Assembly (NCBI GenBank): GCA_963786935.1
Contig: CAWBAN010000002.1
Coordinates: 288,001 to 352,000, forward strand
Direction: 5' to 3'
Source of the DNA: an uncultured bacterium
Lineage (GTDB): Bacteria; Krumholzibacteriota; Krumholzibacteriia; Krumholzibacteriales; Krumholzibacteriaceae
DNA: 64,000 bases
Part shown: positions 9,280 to 19,400 of the stretch, one piece after another
How positions within the stretch are numbered: position 1 is the first letter of the stretch
Layout: every line of letters starts with the position of its first letter
Notes under the pieces: generated by a model
Databases searched by the model: none
Seen by the model: only the letters and a program-made list of their open reading frames with translations
Told to the model about the DNA's origin: nothing
Made by a program: the position numbers and the translations under genes

Positions 9280-12200
9280 ATGGTCCGCGCGATCTTTGCC
9301 TGCGCCCTTGGGCGGTTTCTCGCGATCGCCGCTCTTGCAGCGATCCTGCTTGTGCCCCGGCAAGCGATCGGCGCAATTCCCGGCGTTGTCTTGGTAAAGG
9401 TCAGGGAATTGCCCGGTGAGCAAGCCATGTTTTGGAAGGAGGGGGATGAGTTTGCTACTTCTTTGGGTCCTGCTGGCTTGTCCGAGTTGGCGAGATCCGG
9501 CCTTGAGGGGATGCGGGTCGTCAGTCGCCGAAAAAACGTTACACTCTATGCGCTCATGTTCAATTCGGTGGGCAAGGAACGAGATGTAATAAGCTATCTG
9601 AAGTGTAAGCCTGGCGTGATTGATGCCACGCGCGACTACCCGCTGACATTCCTGGCGGAGCCCAACGATTTCTACTACCAGCCGGATTCAACGGACTATA
9701 GCAAGCATTGGGTCAAAGACGAAATAAACCATTATCTTCATAATAGTGTTGAAGCAACAATCTGCAAGGAAAGATACGATCCTGCTGATGTCTTCTATTG
9801 CTGCTGCGAGATTCCATGCGACGATACCCAGAGCTACACCTTGTCGATCCGCGACTCAATTCATATGAATGATCAGTGGTATCTGCAACGGGCCAGAGTC
9901 AATAAGGCCTGGGACATAGAAAGAGGGGAAAGCTCAGTCAAGATCCTGGTTGTCGACTCGGGCATTGACATCCAACACCCCGATCTTGATGGCCACATTT
10001 GGGACAACTCATCCGTCGACGGCATCTGGGACATGAACCATGACGGCCTGCCGGGGGGAGGCTACGGATTCAACAATTCGGTGCTCGACAGGGATATAAA
10101 CGGCGATGATAAGAACCTCTTCGGCTCTGATCATTTATGCGACTGTGGGCCCGACGGGGACTATGGATTCGGGCCGAACGGTATTGACGATCTTGATAGT
10201 CTCGGGAACTTTGGCCCTGGAGGCGGCGACGATGATCTGGGGCCTAAGTGGGCGGATAATCCTCGGGGACCGGGCTCACAGCATCCAGAGATTCCATTCA
10301 ATGATGATCGCGAAGATATCGTATTCATGCGGTGCGACGATGACGGCAATGGATATCCGGACGACACATACGGAGTGAACCTATATGACCTTGTTCAGGA
10401 TTTCGGAGCAAATGGGCATCCCGATGGTCTGCCCGGTATCCAAGGGGCGTTGGATAGTATCCAGGGATGGGGAAGTGGTGACATAGACAAGGATAGCCTC
10501 AGGCATTTCAACGATCTCCAGGTAAGAATGGCCGATTTTGATCAAGATGGCGTACCTCTATGCGGTCCCGATGACACCTGCGACGCCGGCCTTGATGGCG
10601 ACTACGGCTTCGGACCCAATGGCATAGACGATCTAGACGAATACGGCAATCCCGGTCCCGGCAGTGGGGATGATGATCTGGGCCCCAAATGGGCGGACAA
10701 TACTAGGGGTCCCGGGACGCCACGCCCCTTCGACGACGACATGGACGACATCCGCTTCATGCGTTATGACAGCGACGAGGACGGCAATCCCTTTGAAGCC
10801 CCACGTGATGACGGTTGTCCCAAGGAATGGGGGTGCCACGGGACGCAGATGGCGGGCATCATCGGAGCGGAAACGAATAACGAAATAGGCGTAGCCGGCT
10901 ATGCCTGGAGCTGCGCGCTGGTTGCCGCCAAAGTTGCAGTCGGATACCCAGAGCAAGAGTACAAGAGGCTGCCGATAAACACGCGAGACCTCTCGGCCGC
11001 GCTCGATAGACTCATTGGAGCGTTGGATTATGCTCTGGAGAAGGACGTCGATATCGTCAATATGAGCCTTGGTAATTACGCAGACTCGAACGATAACTTC
11101 CTAGATGATCCCGAGCTGCAGGCAAAGATAACGGAATGCCATGATGCCGGTATTGTTCTCGTTGCGGGCGGGGGCAATAGGAATGACACTATATACTGTT
11201 ATCCCGCCTCCCTTAACAACGTGATCTCGGCGGCCGGGGCGAATAGGTTCGAGCTCAAGGCGGTTGACGTGAACTTCAACGACAGAGTAGATATCTGCGC
11301 GCCTACGGCGGATGTGTGGAGTGAGCCCGACCAAGGCCGTGGGGACAACTGCATGACGACCGCATTCTCAAATAATCCAGCTAACCTCGGATTGGGCGCA
11401 TGTCAGGTCAATTGCCACGGCTATGCAAATTGCGCTATTCAGACGTCCGGTGCCACGGCTCAGGTTTCGGGCCTGGCCGCGCTTCTCGTATCATTTTACC
11501 CCCGAAGCAGATTCCATCAAATGTTTCCCGATTCGACTGCGGACGGCTGCTATGCGAACTTCATAGAACGGGAGATAAAGCGAGGGTGCGTTCCGTTGCC
11601 GAACGAACCGCTCTATTGGGAGGGAAAACTCGGCGCCGGTCGCATAGATGCCTACAGATCGCTAACGCAGTGGGGATCGATCACGGAAGACGCCGTTTGG
11701 AATGAAAGCGTATACGTTAGTGGAGACCTTCGGATTGAAGAGGGAGCTACCCTCACGATCTTGCCAGGGACAACGGTGTATATCTCCACCGAGGACGATG
11801 GAGACCTGTGGGTCGATTCAACGAGGGTCGCGATACTGGTTTACGGCACCCTGAATGCGAACGGCACGGCCCAGAATCCTATCGTCTTCAAGTCATGGAG
11901 CGATAGTCCTTCTGCCGGCGACTGGTACGGCATCTGGTACAAAGGGGAAAACGCCTCGGGCTCCCTCTCGCACTGCAGTATTCAAGACGCCAAGTATGGG
12001 GTATCGAGCGACGCGACGATCGAGATGCGGGACTGCGAGGTGACGAACAGCCTCGTGGCGGGGATCTATCTCTACGACGACATGGACGGCCAGAGCGTCA
12101 TCAACAACGAGAGCGTCATCGAACGCTGCACGATCAGCGAGAACGATTACGCGGGCGCCTCGGCTATGCGTATCTGGAACTGCCCCCTCGAGATCGAGGT

Positions 12201-13062
12201 TGATAGCTGCACGGTGAACATGAACTACCGGGGCCTCTGGGTCAGCAATGCCCGGCCGACGATATCGTGGTGCGAGATAGCCTGCAATCAGGAGGATGGG
12301 ATCTGGGTAACGAGCTACCAAGATTCTCAGCCTCCGTATCCCACGATCAGTCATTGCTATCTTGAGGGGAATGGCGAGACGGGCATCCACTGCGAGTACA
12401 ACAAGGCGCAGGTGACCTACACGAAGATCTGGGAGAACGAGAGCTACGGTCTTCTGGCCTACGGGGTGGACGCCTACCCCGAGATCGATCACTCGAAAAT
12501 CATCAGCAACATGCTTGCGGGTGTGAGGGCGGAGGCCGGGGGAACGGCAGTGCTCGGGAACGTCGCCCTCGGGAAGGGGCAGAACAACTCGCTCTACGGG
12601 CAGACGAAAAACGTGTACAACGCGAACGCCTCTACGCTCTACGCTGAGAACTGTTGGTGGGGCGCCGTGCCCCCCGATCACGCGAAGATGTACGGCCCGG
12701 TGGACTACACGCCCTACCTCACGAGCGATCCGGTGCCGAACCTCGCCCCGGCGAGGCAAAGCAAGATGCCGCCCATATTCTCCCTCGCCCAGAACTATCC
12801 GAACCCCTTCGGCATCGGTTCGGAGGCGACCTCGATCCGGTTCTCGGTTCCCTCGTCGAGCGAACGAGCGGTTCTGAGAGTCTACGACGTCTCGGGGAGG
12901 CTCGTGCGGACGCTCGTGAACGGCATTCGGGAGGGTGACAGCTATATCGCCACATGGGATGGAAGAAACGAGCGGGGCGCGAGGGTGGCTGCCGGTATCT
13001 ACTTCTACAGACTTCAGCATGGGCCGAAGATAATGACGAAGAAAATGGTACTTTTCAGATGA
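9280..13062 (+). CDS. Secreted S8 serine peptidase with Asp/Gly-rich insert, right-handed beta-helix and FlgD-Ig/T9SS-like CTD, copy 1
   Basis: VVDSG (Asp codon 9955), CHGT (His 10837), NMSLG, AGGGN, QTSGA (Ser 11446), LGAGRIDA; GT..NPIVFKS..W.GI beta-helix; NYPNPF CTD. Confidence 0.88.
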   Translation: MVRAIFACALGRFLAIAALAAILLVPRQAIGAIPGVVLVKVRELPGEQAMFWKEGDEFATSLGPAGLSELARSGLEGMRVVSRRKNVTLYALMFNSVGKERDVISYLKCKPGVIDATRDYPLTFLAEPNDFYYQPDSTDYSKHWVKDEINHYLHNSVEATICKERYDPADVFYCCCEIPCDDTQSYTLSIRDSIHMNDQWYLQRARVNKAWDIERGESSVKILVVDSGIDIQHPDLDGHIWDNSSVDGIWDMNHDGLPGGGYGFNNSVLDRDINGDDKNLFGSDHLCDCGPDGDYGFGPNGIDDLDSLGNFGPGGGDDDLGPKWADNPRGPGSQHPEIPFNDDREDIVFMRCDDDGNGYPDDTYGVNLYDLVQDFGANGHPDGLPGIQGALDSIQGWGSGDIDKDSLRHFNDLQVRMADFDQDGVPLCGPDDTCDAGLDGDYGFGPNGIDDLDEYGNPGPGSGDDDLGPKWADNTRGPGTPRPFDDDMDDIRFMRYDSDEDGNPFEAPRDDGCPKEWGCHGTQMAGIIGAETNNEIGVAGYAWSCALVAAKVAVGYPEQEYKRLPINTRDLSAALDRLIGALDYALEKDVDIVNMSLGNYADSNDNFLDDPELQAKITECHDAGIVLVAGGGNRNDTIYCYPASLNNVISAAGANRFELKAVDVNFNDRVDICAPTADVWSEPDQGRGDNCMTTAFSNNPANLGLGACQVNCHGYANCAIQTSGATAQVSGLAALLVSFYPRSRFHQMFPDSTADGCYANFIEREIKRGCVPLPNEPLYWEGKLGAGRIDAYRSLTQWGSITEDAVWNESVYVSGDLRIEEGATLTILPGTTVYISTEDDGDLWVDSTRVAILVYGTLNANGTAQNPIVFKSWSDSPSAGDWYGIWYKGENASGSLSHCSIQDAKYGVSSDATIEMRDCEVTNSLVAGIYLYDDMDGQSVINNESVIERCTISENDYAGASAMRIWNCPLEIEVDSCTVNMNYRGLWVSNARPTISWCEIACNQEDGIWVTSYQDSQPPYPTISHCYLEGNGETGIHCEYNKAQVTYTKIWENESYGLLAYGVDAYPEIDHSKIISNMLAGVRAEAGGTAVLGNVALGKGQNNSLYGQTKNVYNANASTLYAENCWWGAVPPDHAKMYGPVDYTPYLTSDPVPNLAPARQSKMPPIFSLAQNYPNPFGIGSEATSIRFSVPSSSERAVLRVYDVSGRLVRTLVNGIREGDSYIATWDGRNERGARVAAGIYFYRLQHGPKIMTKKMVLFR
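10138..10790 (+). repeat. Two internal ~70-aa Asp/Gly-rich repeats in S8 copy 1 (about 10138-10360 and 10579-10790)
   Basis: CD.G.DGDYGFGPNGIDDLD..GN.GPG.GDDDLGPKWADN.RGPG...F.DD..DI.FMR.D occurs twice. Confidence 0.85.
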
Positions 13063-13628
13063 TGTGGGAGGGAGAGATCATGCCGAGAAACGTTATACTC
13101 ATTCTTGTGCTTTCGATCGTGCTCGCGGCCGCGAGTCTTCAGGCGAATGAGATTGTCCTATCCCCTTCCAAGGTCGAGATGATTACCTCGCCGACGGACG
13201 CAAAGGACACGAGAGTGCTCGTATATTTCGAGCTTTCGAAGGAGCTCTTCGACAAGAAGGTCGTGATCGACAATGCCCTGCTCGTATTTGAGGCGCAGCT
13301 CACAGACGCGGAGTTCGCATTGATCCACCTCTTTCCCGCGACGAGAGCATGGCAGACCGAGGCGAGCGTGACGTGGGACTCGCCGTGGGAGAAGGCGGGC
13401 GGAGACTTCACGGACCGGATTGCGGGCAAGTGCGTGACGCTCAAATCCGCCGAAGCAGGGAAAGAAACGATCTCCGACCTTACGTTCGTCGTGATGGACT
13501 GGGTGTCGGGGAGGCTCGCCAATAACGGGCTCATTCTCGTGCCGTCGCAGGCCGATCTCTCGGAGTCGAGCGCCGCGTTCTCATTCGACAAACTGAGCCT
13601 GAAGCTCGAGATCGAGTACACGAAATAG
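11560..13628. repeat. Right conserved arm of duplicated cassette (partner about 18745-20815)
   Basis: Near-identical DNA; 12061-12120 vs 19245-19304 match at 59/60 by hand. Confidence 0.9.
13080..13628 (+). CDS. Small secreted DNRLRE-domain protein, copy 1
   Basis: Signal peptide; RVLVYFEL..IDNALL..TRAW..ASVTW..PW..AGGDF..DLT.VV.DWVSG..ANNGLIL. Confidence 0.75.
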   Translation: MPRNVILILVLSIVLAAASLQANEIVLSPSKVEMITSPTDAKDTRVLVYFELSKELFDKKVVIDNALLVFEAQLTDAEFALIHLFPATRAWQTEASVTWDSPWEKAGGDFTDRIAGKCVTLKSAEAGKETISDLTFVVMDWVSGRLANNGLILVPSQADLSESSAAFSFDKLSLKLEIEYTK

Positions 13629-13657
13629 CCGCGCCCCTAGAAGTTGTAGCTTCATGC

Positions 13658-13687
13658 AAAGAGGGCTCCGCCGTCGGAGCCCTCTTT
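13658..13687. terminator. Bidirectional intrinsic terminator
   Basis: AAAGAGGGCTCCG-ccgt-CGGAGCCCTCTTT between convergent genes. Confidence 0.8.
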
Positions 13688-13725
13688 CCCGTGGGGTCTC
13701 TCACGGACTGCGGCGGTGGGCGCCG

Positions 13726-14241
13726 CTACTCCTGCATGAACAGGTTCGCGAACACCTTCGCGTCGCCGACCATGTTGTCGACGATCGTGTACTCGGTCGG
13801 CTGATGCGCGACCTCGTCGATCTTGGACCAGACGACCGCGCCGAAGCCGTGCCGCCTGAAAAACGCCGCCACCGTCCCGCCGCCGATGCCCTTCGGCTTC
13901 GCCTTCACCTTGTAGACGGCCTTGATCGCGGCCGAGAGGGCGAGCACGACGGGCGCGTCGGGCGGAGTCGCTGGCGCCGCGTCCTCGCGCTGCGCGGCGT
14001 TGGTCGTGATCTTCACGCCGAACTTCTCCTCGATCTCCTTGATCATTCCCTTGATCGCGTCGTAGACCGTGTCGAGCTTGATCTCGGGGAGGACGCGCAT
14101 GTCGATATAGATGACGTCGTCCCCGGGGATCGTGTTGATGTTGGGGACGTTCGCCTCTTTCTTCGTGGGCTCGAAGGTGCTGATCGGGGGATCGAAGACC
14201 TGGTTCTTCTGAGGAAAGAGGTTTTGGAGCTTCGTATCGAT
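13726..14241 (-). pseudogene. 3' fragment (about 170 codons) of M20 family (DapE/ArgE-like) metallohydrolase
   Basis: FDPPISTFEPTKKEANVPNINTIPG, GIGGGT.AAFFR, AHQP.EY; the N-terminal metal-binding half is absent and the next gene ends at 14258. Confidence 0.8.
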
Positions 14242-14257
14242 TGATTCAATCGAGCAG

Positions 14258-14828
14258 CTATTTCAGGAGCACCATCTTCTTGGTCAGCGATCTCTTGCCT
14301 GCGGTGAGGCGATAGAAGTAGATCCCCGTGCCAGCAGCCGCACCCCGGCCGTCCCTCCCGTCCCACGACACCTCGTTCGGTCCCGGCTCCCGCTCCCCGT
14401 CGAGGAGGCATGCGACCTCCCGTCCGGCGCAGTCATAGACCGCGAGCCTCACGCGTTCCTTCGCCGGGAGATCGAACCGGATCGTCGTCGTCGGATTGAA
14501 GGGATTCGGATAGTTCTGCATGAGCGCAAGCTCCAGAGCCGGGAGAGAGACAATGTCACTCTCGAAGAGAATCCATCTCTTTCCGCCGGTCTCGATGTCC
14601 ACCCGGTATCGATACGCGACGCCCGGCCGGCACGTCTCGTCGGAGCAGGTGAACGAGAGGTCGTCTCTCTGGATGGAGGGGTGAATGAGCTCCTCATAGT
14701 CCCCGCCCGATGAGCGAAGCACGGTGAATCTCGCATCGGCGTCCATCTCGGCGAGGCGCCATTCGATGACGATGCTCCGGCCCTGCGCCCGGGTCGCGAA
14801 GCTCTGGAGGAGGGTCGCTACGGTCTCG
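14258..14828. repeat. Left conserved arm, copy 2
   Basis: Direct repeat of 7020-7590. Confidence 0.9.
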
Positions 14829-16228
14829 CCGTTCGCCGTAACGCGCATCGCATAGACGGCTCCGATCGTGTCCTGCCGCATGCCCCGCCACGTCATGATC
14901 GCTCCGCCCTCGCCGTTCGGGATCATCTGGGGATAGTACTGGCCGTCGATGGCGCCGCAGACGACCACTCCCGTGTCCGGCCAGAGGAGGTTTCCGTCTG
15001 GATCGACGCGTTGGGCGAAAATATCCCAGGAGGTTGCTGTGCCGAGCCCTTGCTGCCAAGTAATGATCGCGCCTCCTATCTCGTCGATGACAATCTCGGG
15101 CATAGACCAATTGAATCCGGTCACAGAAGGTCCGAGATTGATCATGATACCATTCGAATTCCACGCAGCGGTGCCATTGGACTGCAATCTCTGAGCGTAG
15201 ATGTCATCCCGGCCGTTTCGTTTGTCCAGCCAAGTGATGATAGCGCCACCAAGGCCATCAAGCACAACTTTCGGGGCGACTTGCTCCTGAGGCGCCGTGC
15301 AGACCGGCACGATTCCCGTGGGTAGAATGATGCCGGCTGAGTCGATGTGCTGGGCAAATATGCTCTGCCACTCCGCCGCGTTACCGCTGTCCCATGTCAT
15401 ATAGGCGCCGCCGCATTCATCCTCGATACAGCTGAGGTGCCCCTTCAAACCGGTGGATAGATCTATGGGGACTCCGGACGCCGTCCAGCGCTTGTTTCCG
15501 GCTCCGTCTAGACGTTGAGCGTAGATGAAGGAGTTCAGGATGCTGTTGCGCTCATCCTCCCAAACGAGTATGACGCCGCCCGATCCATCAGTAACCGTAC
15601 AGTGCCTATCCTGCCAATAGGAGGTTGGGCACACGGCGATGCCGTTCGATGTCCATAGAGCATTCCCGTTGCCGTCGAGCTTCTGGCAGTAGATCTGTCC
15701 CACGCCGCTCCGGTCATCCCGCCAGGCGATGTAGAAGTTGCCGTTGCCGTCCGGGACAATGTCGGGACCGTATTGACCGTACCGTTCGCTGGTTATCGCG
15801 ATACCATTCGGTGTCCATTGAACTACACCGTCAGCAGTGATGCGCTGAGCGTATACATGATAGGTCCCGCTCCGCTCATCACGCCAGGCGATGATTGCGC
15901 CTCCTAAGCCGTCCGGTTGGATATTGGGATCAAGCTGCGACTCAGGCTGCACGGAGATGGGAACGCCATCCGGCGCCCAGAGAATATTACCATCTCGATC
16001 GATGCGCTGTGCGTATATATCAAAATCATAGGGCACACCCGATCGCACTTCCTCCCATGCGATGATCGCGCCTCCCGAGGCATCCGATGCGATGAATCCA
16101 TACCACTGGTCGCTGGGATAGGGACAGAGCGCCACACCGTCCTTGATCCAGGCTGCATGCAGCTCGCCGTAGGCCAGAGAGATTGCTGCGACGAGGACCA
16201 AGGCGATTCGGCCGAGCGTTCCCATCAT
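14258..16228 (-). CDS. Secreted repeat (beta-propeller-like) protein with FlgD-Ig/T9SS-like CTD, cassette copy 2
   Basis: Paralog of 7020-9014 with the same 8 repeats and a near-identical C-terminal region. Confidence 0.85.
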   Translation of the reverse strand: MMGTLGRIALVLVAAISLAYGELHAAWIKDGVALCPYPSDQWYGFIASDASGGAIIAWEEVRSGVPYDFDIYAQRIDRDGNILWAPDGVPISVQPESQLDPNIQPDGLGGAIIAWRDERSGTYHVYAQRITADGVVQWTPNGIAITSERYGQYGPDIVPDGNGNFYIAWRDDRSGVGQIYCQKLDGNGNALWTSNGIAVCPTSYWQDRHCTVTDGSGGVILVWEDERNSILNSFIYAQRLDGAGNKRWTASGVPIDLSTGLKGHLSCIEDECGGAYMTWDSGNAAEWQSIFAQHIDSAGIILPTGIVPVCTAPQEQVAPKVVLDGLGGAIITWLDKRNGRDDIYAQRLQSNGTAAWNSNGIMINLGPSVTGFNWSMPEIVIDEIGGAIITWQQGLGTATSWDIFAQRVDPDGNLLWPDTGVVVCGAIDGQYYPQMIPNGEGGAIMTWRGMRQDTIGAVYAMRVTANGETVATLLQSFATRAQGRSIVIEWRLAEMDADARFTVLRSSGGDYEELIHPSIQRDDLSFTCSDETCRPGVAYRYRVDIETGGKRWILFESDIVSLPALELALMQNYPNPFNPTTTIRFDLPAKERVRLAVYDCAGREVACLLDGEREPGPNEVSWDGRDGRGAAAGTGIYFYRLTAGKRSLTKKMVLLK

Positions 16229-16322
16229 GCTCTGCCTCTCTTCGTTATTTGATGAAATCGCGTCCCGATTGCGCTCCAAGATTACCGCTTCTACTCAAAG
16301 ATATCAATACAAAAATAGATAC

Positions 16323-16351
16323 TTGACGTAGGCGTCATGATCTCCTAATCT
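16323..16351 (+). promoter_or_regulatory. Putative sigma70 promoter for S8 copy 2
   Basis: TTGACG-17nt-TAATCT. Confidence 0.5.
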
Positions 16352-16436
16352 CCGAGAGACTTGTTCTTGGCGGCATTCATCTCTTGGGGCGCAGCTCGTA
16401 CAACAATTCAGGGTCTTTTGGAAGGTGGGTGATTCC

Positions 16437-19400
16437 ATGAGGAAACTCATCGCATGCGGAGCACTCTGCATTCTCCTTTGCATGGTCTCTCGGGCTGCGG
16501 CGGCATACGACTTGTACAATATCCTGCCAGACCCTGGAACGAGAGCACTCCCCAAACCCACTCCGGGGATTATCCTCGTGAGCGTGTGGCAGAGCGAGAA
16601 AGAACAGAATTGCTTCTATACGGTGAATAGTGAGGTAAAATCGCTCTTGGGTGAGCGCACGACTTCCGAGTTGAGAGCGCGCGGCCTGAGAAAGAGCAGG
16701 GTGATCTACAAGGGCGATAGCTACTGCACTTATGCATTATATTTCAACCGGCCTGGTCGCGAGTCAGAACTCGTCAGATACCTGGAGAGCCAGACCGGAG
16801 TAATCCGCGCCCGGTTGGATTATCCGCTCCAATTCCTGGCTGAGCCCAATGATCCCATATATCAGCCAGATGCCGTTGATTCGTTGACGCATTGGGCGCC
16901 CTTCCCGATAAACTACGGCAATAAGGCTCCTTTTAGGACTTGCGTGTCCGGAGGTGCCTGCTGCTGCGAAGCGCCATGCAGCTCGGTAGAGTCCCCCCTA
17001 TGGGGCACTTTGGACCATCTGCATATGTCCGACCAATGGTATCTTCAGCGCGTTCGGGCCAACAAGGCGTGGGATGTCGAAAAGGGCGATCCGGCCGTCA
17101 AGATCATGGTAATCGATTCGGGAATTGATCTCGACCATCCCGATCTCGACGGGCATATCTGGGACAACTCGAGCGTTGATCCCGAAGGGGACGCCAATAA
17201 TGACGGACTGCCAGGCGGGGGAAATGGATTTGCCAATCCACTGGTGAACAAAGATATAGATGGTGACGGTTTGAGTCTTTGGGGAAGCGAAACACCCGTT
17301 GCCGTGTGCGATTGTGGCCCCGATGGGGATTATGGCTTCGGGCCAAATGGAATGGATGACCTTCCAGAAGGACCCGGAGGGGGCGACGACGATAGCGGGG
17401 AAACCAATGCGTGGCAGGATAATATCCGCGGCCCCGGCAACGAAACGAATCCCCTGGATAGCCTTTTCAACGATGACATGGATGACGTTGTCTTCATGAA
17501 GAACGACGACGACGGAAATGGGTATCCTGAAGATACCCATGGGATCAATCTCTACGACCTTATTGACGATTACGGTCTCGGGGGAATTCCCGACGGAGTA
17601 GCCGGTGTAAGAGACTGGGGAAGCGATACTCTTGAGGGGGACTACGACCATGACGGAGGCCGGCACTTCAATGATTTGCAGGTAAAAACGTCGGATTTCA
17701 ATGGCAACGGAATACAGCTATGCGGGCCAGATGGGCTTTGCGACGCCGGTCCTGATGGGGACTATGGATTTGGTGCCAATGGAATAGATGATGCGCCCGA
17801 AGGACCGACGGGCGTGCCCGATGATGATGATGGCCCAAAATGGGCAGATAACCTACGAGGACCCGGATCTCAGCATCCCGAACTGGCATATGACGACGAT
17901 ATGAAAGACATTCTCTTTATGAGGTATGATACTGATGAAGACGGAAATCCCTTCGAGGGGCCGCGCGATGATAGCTGCCCGAAGTACAATGGCTGCCACG
18001 GAACCCTGATGGCTGGAATCATCGGCGCTGAGACAAACAACTCAGAGGGAATGGCCGGCTTTGTCTGGAATTGCACGCTCCTGCCGGCGAAGGTCGCCAT
18101 AGGCATGCCCGAATATGAATATGATCCCGGTGATACAGGTTTTGTACACTGGAATCCTCAGGCGGCCGTGGAGAGACTGATTCTGGCCCTCGACTATGCG
18201 ATCGAGAAGGAAGTTGACGTCGTGAATATGAGCCTCGGTTGCTACCCGGATCTGGTGCCCGGAGAGAATCCGTTGAATGATCCGGATCTCGAGGCGAAGG
18301 TAGACGAGGCGCACCATTCCGGAATAGTGCTCGTTGCTGGCGCCGGTAACGAGCCCCATGATTACTATCTTTACCCCGCATCTTTTAAACATGTAATTTC
18401 GGCTAGTGGAGTCAATTGGCACGAGGAGAAAGCCACCTACACAACCTATAACGACAGCGTGGATGTCTGTACTCCCGTTGGTGATGAAAGGGCGGATACA
18501 AACCTAACAATAGGAATGAATGATCGAGGCGCAGACTGCAAGACTACAGCATATTCGAGAAATCCAGCAGGAGGCGGACAAGAGAACCACGGGTATGCGG
18601 TTACGGCCATACAGACTTCGGGCGCCACGGCCCAAGTCTCCGGTCTTGCGGCGCTTCTGGTTTCATTCTATCCGAGAAGCAGAGTCGCGCAGATGTTTCC
18701 GGGGGAATATACGCCTTCTGCTAACGATAGCTTCTACGCCGATTTCATTGAGAGAGAGATAAAGCGAGGCTGCGTTCCGTTGCCGAATGAACCGCTCTAT
18801 TGGCAGGGGAAGCTCGGCGCCGGGCGCATAGATGCCTACAGGTCTCTAACGCAGTGGGGAACGATTACGGAAGACGCGATTTGGAATGAGAGCGTGTATA
18901 TCTCCGGGGATCTGAATATCGCGGATAGCGCCACAGTTACGATTCTGCCCGGAACCACCGTGTATATCTCCACCGAGGACGATGGAGACCTCTGGGTCGA
19001 TTCAGCGAGGGTCGCGATACTGGTTTACGGCACTCTGAATGCGAACGGCACAGCGCAGAATCCGATCGTCTTCAAGTCCTGGAATGAGACTCCCTCCGCC
19101 GGCGACTGGTACGGCATCTGGTACAAAGGGGAAGATGCCTCGGGCTCCCTCTCCCACTGCAGTATCCAAGATGCGAAGTACGGGGTATCGAGCGACGCGA
19201 CGATCGAGATGCGCGACTGCGAGGTGACGAACAGCCTCGTTGCGGGGATCTACCTCTACGACGACATGGACGGCCAGAGCGTCATCAACAACGAGAGCGT
19301 CATCGAACGCTGCACGATCAGCGAGAACGATCACGCGGGCGCCTCGGCTATGCGCATTTGGAACTGTCCCCTCGAGATCGAGGTGGATAGCTGCACGGTG

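Noticed and set aside
10138..10790. CRISPR or non-coding repeat array
   Set aside because: Repeats are in-frame protein repeats with synonymous variation and no spacer structure
12954..13079. Programmed frameshift fusing S8 to the DNRLRE protein (overlapping open frame in both copies)
   Set aside because: DNRLRE gene has its own RBS and signal peptide, no slippery heptamer is seen, and the two copies are not independent evidence
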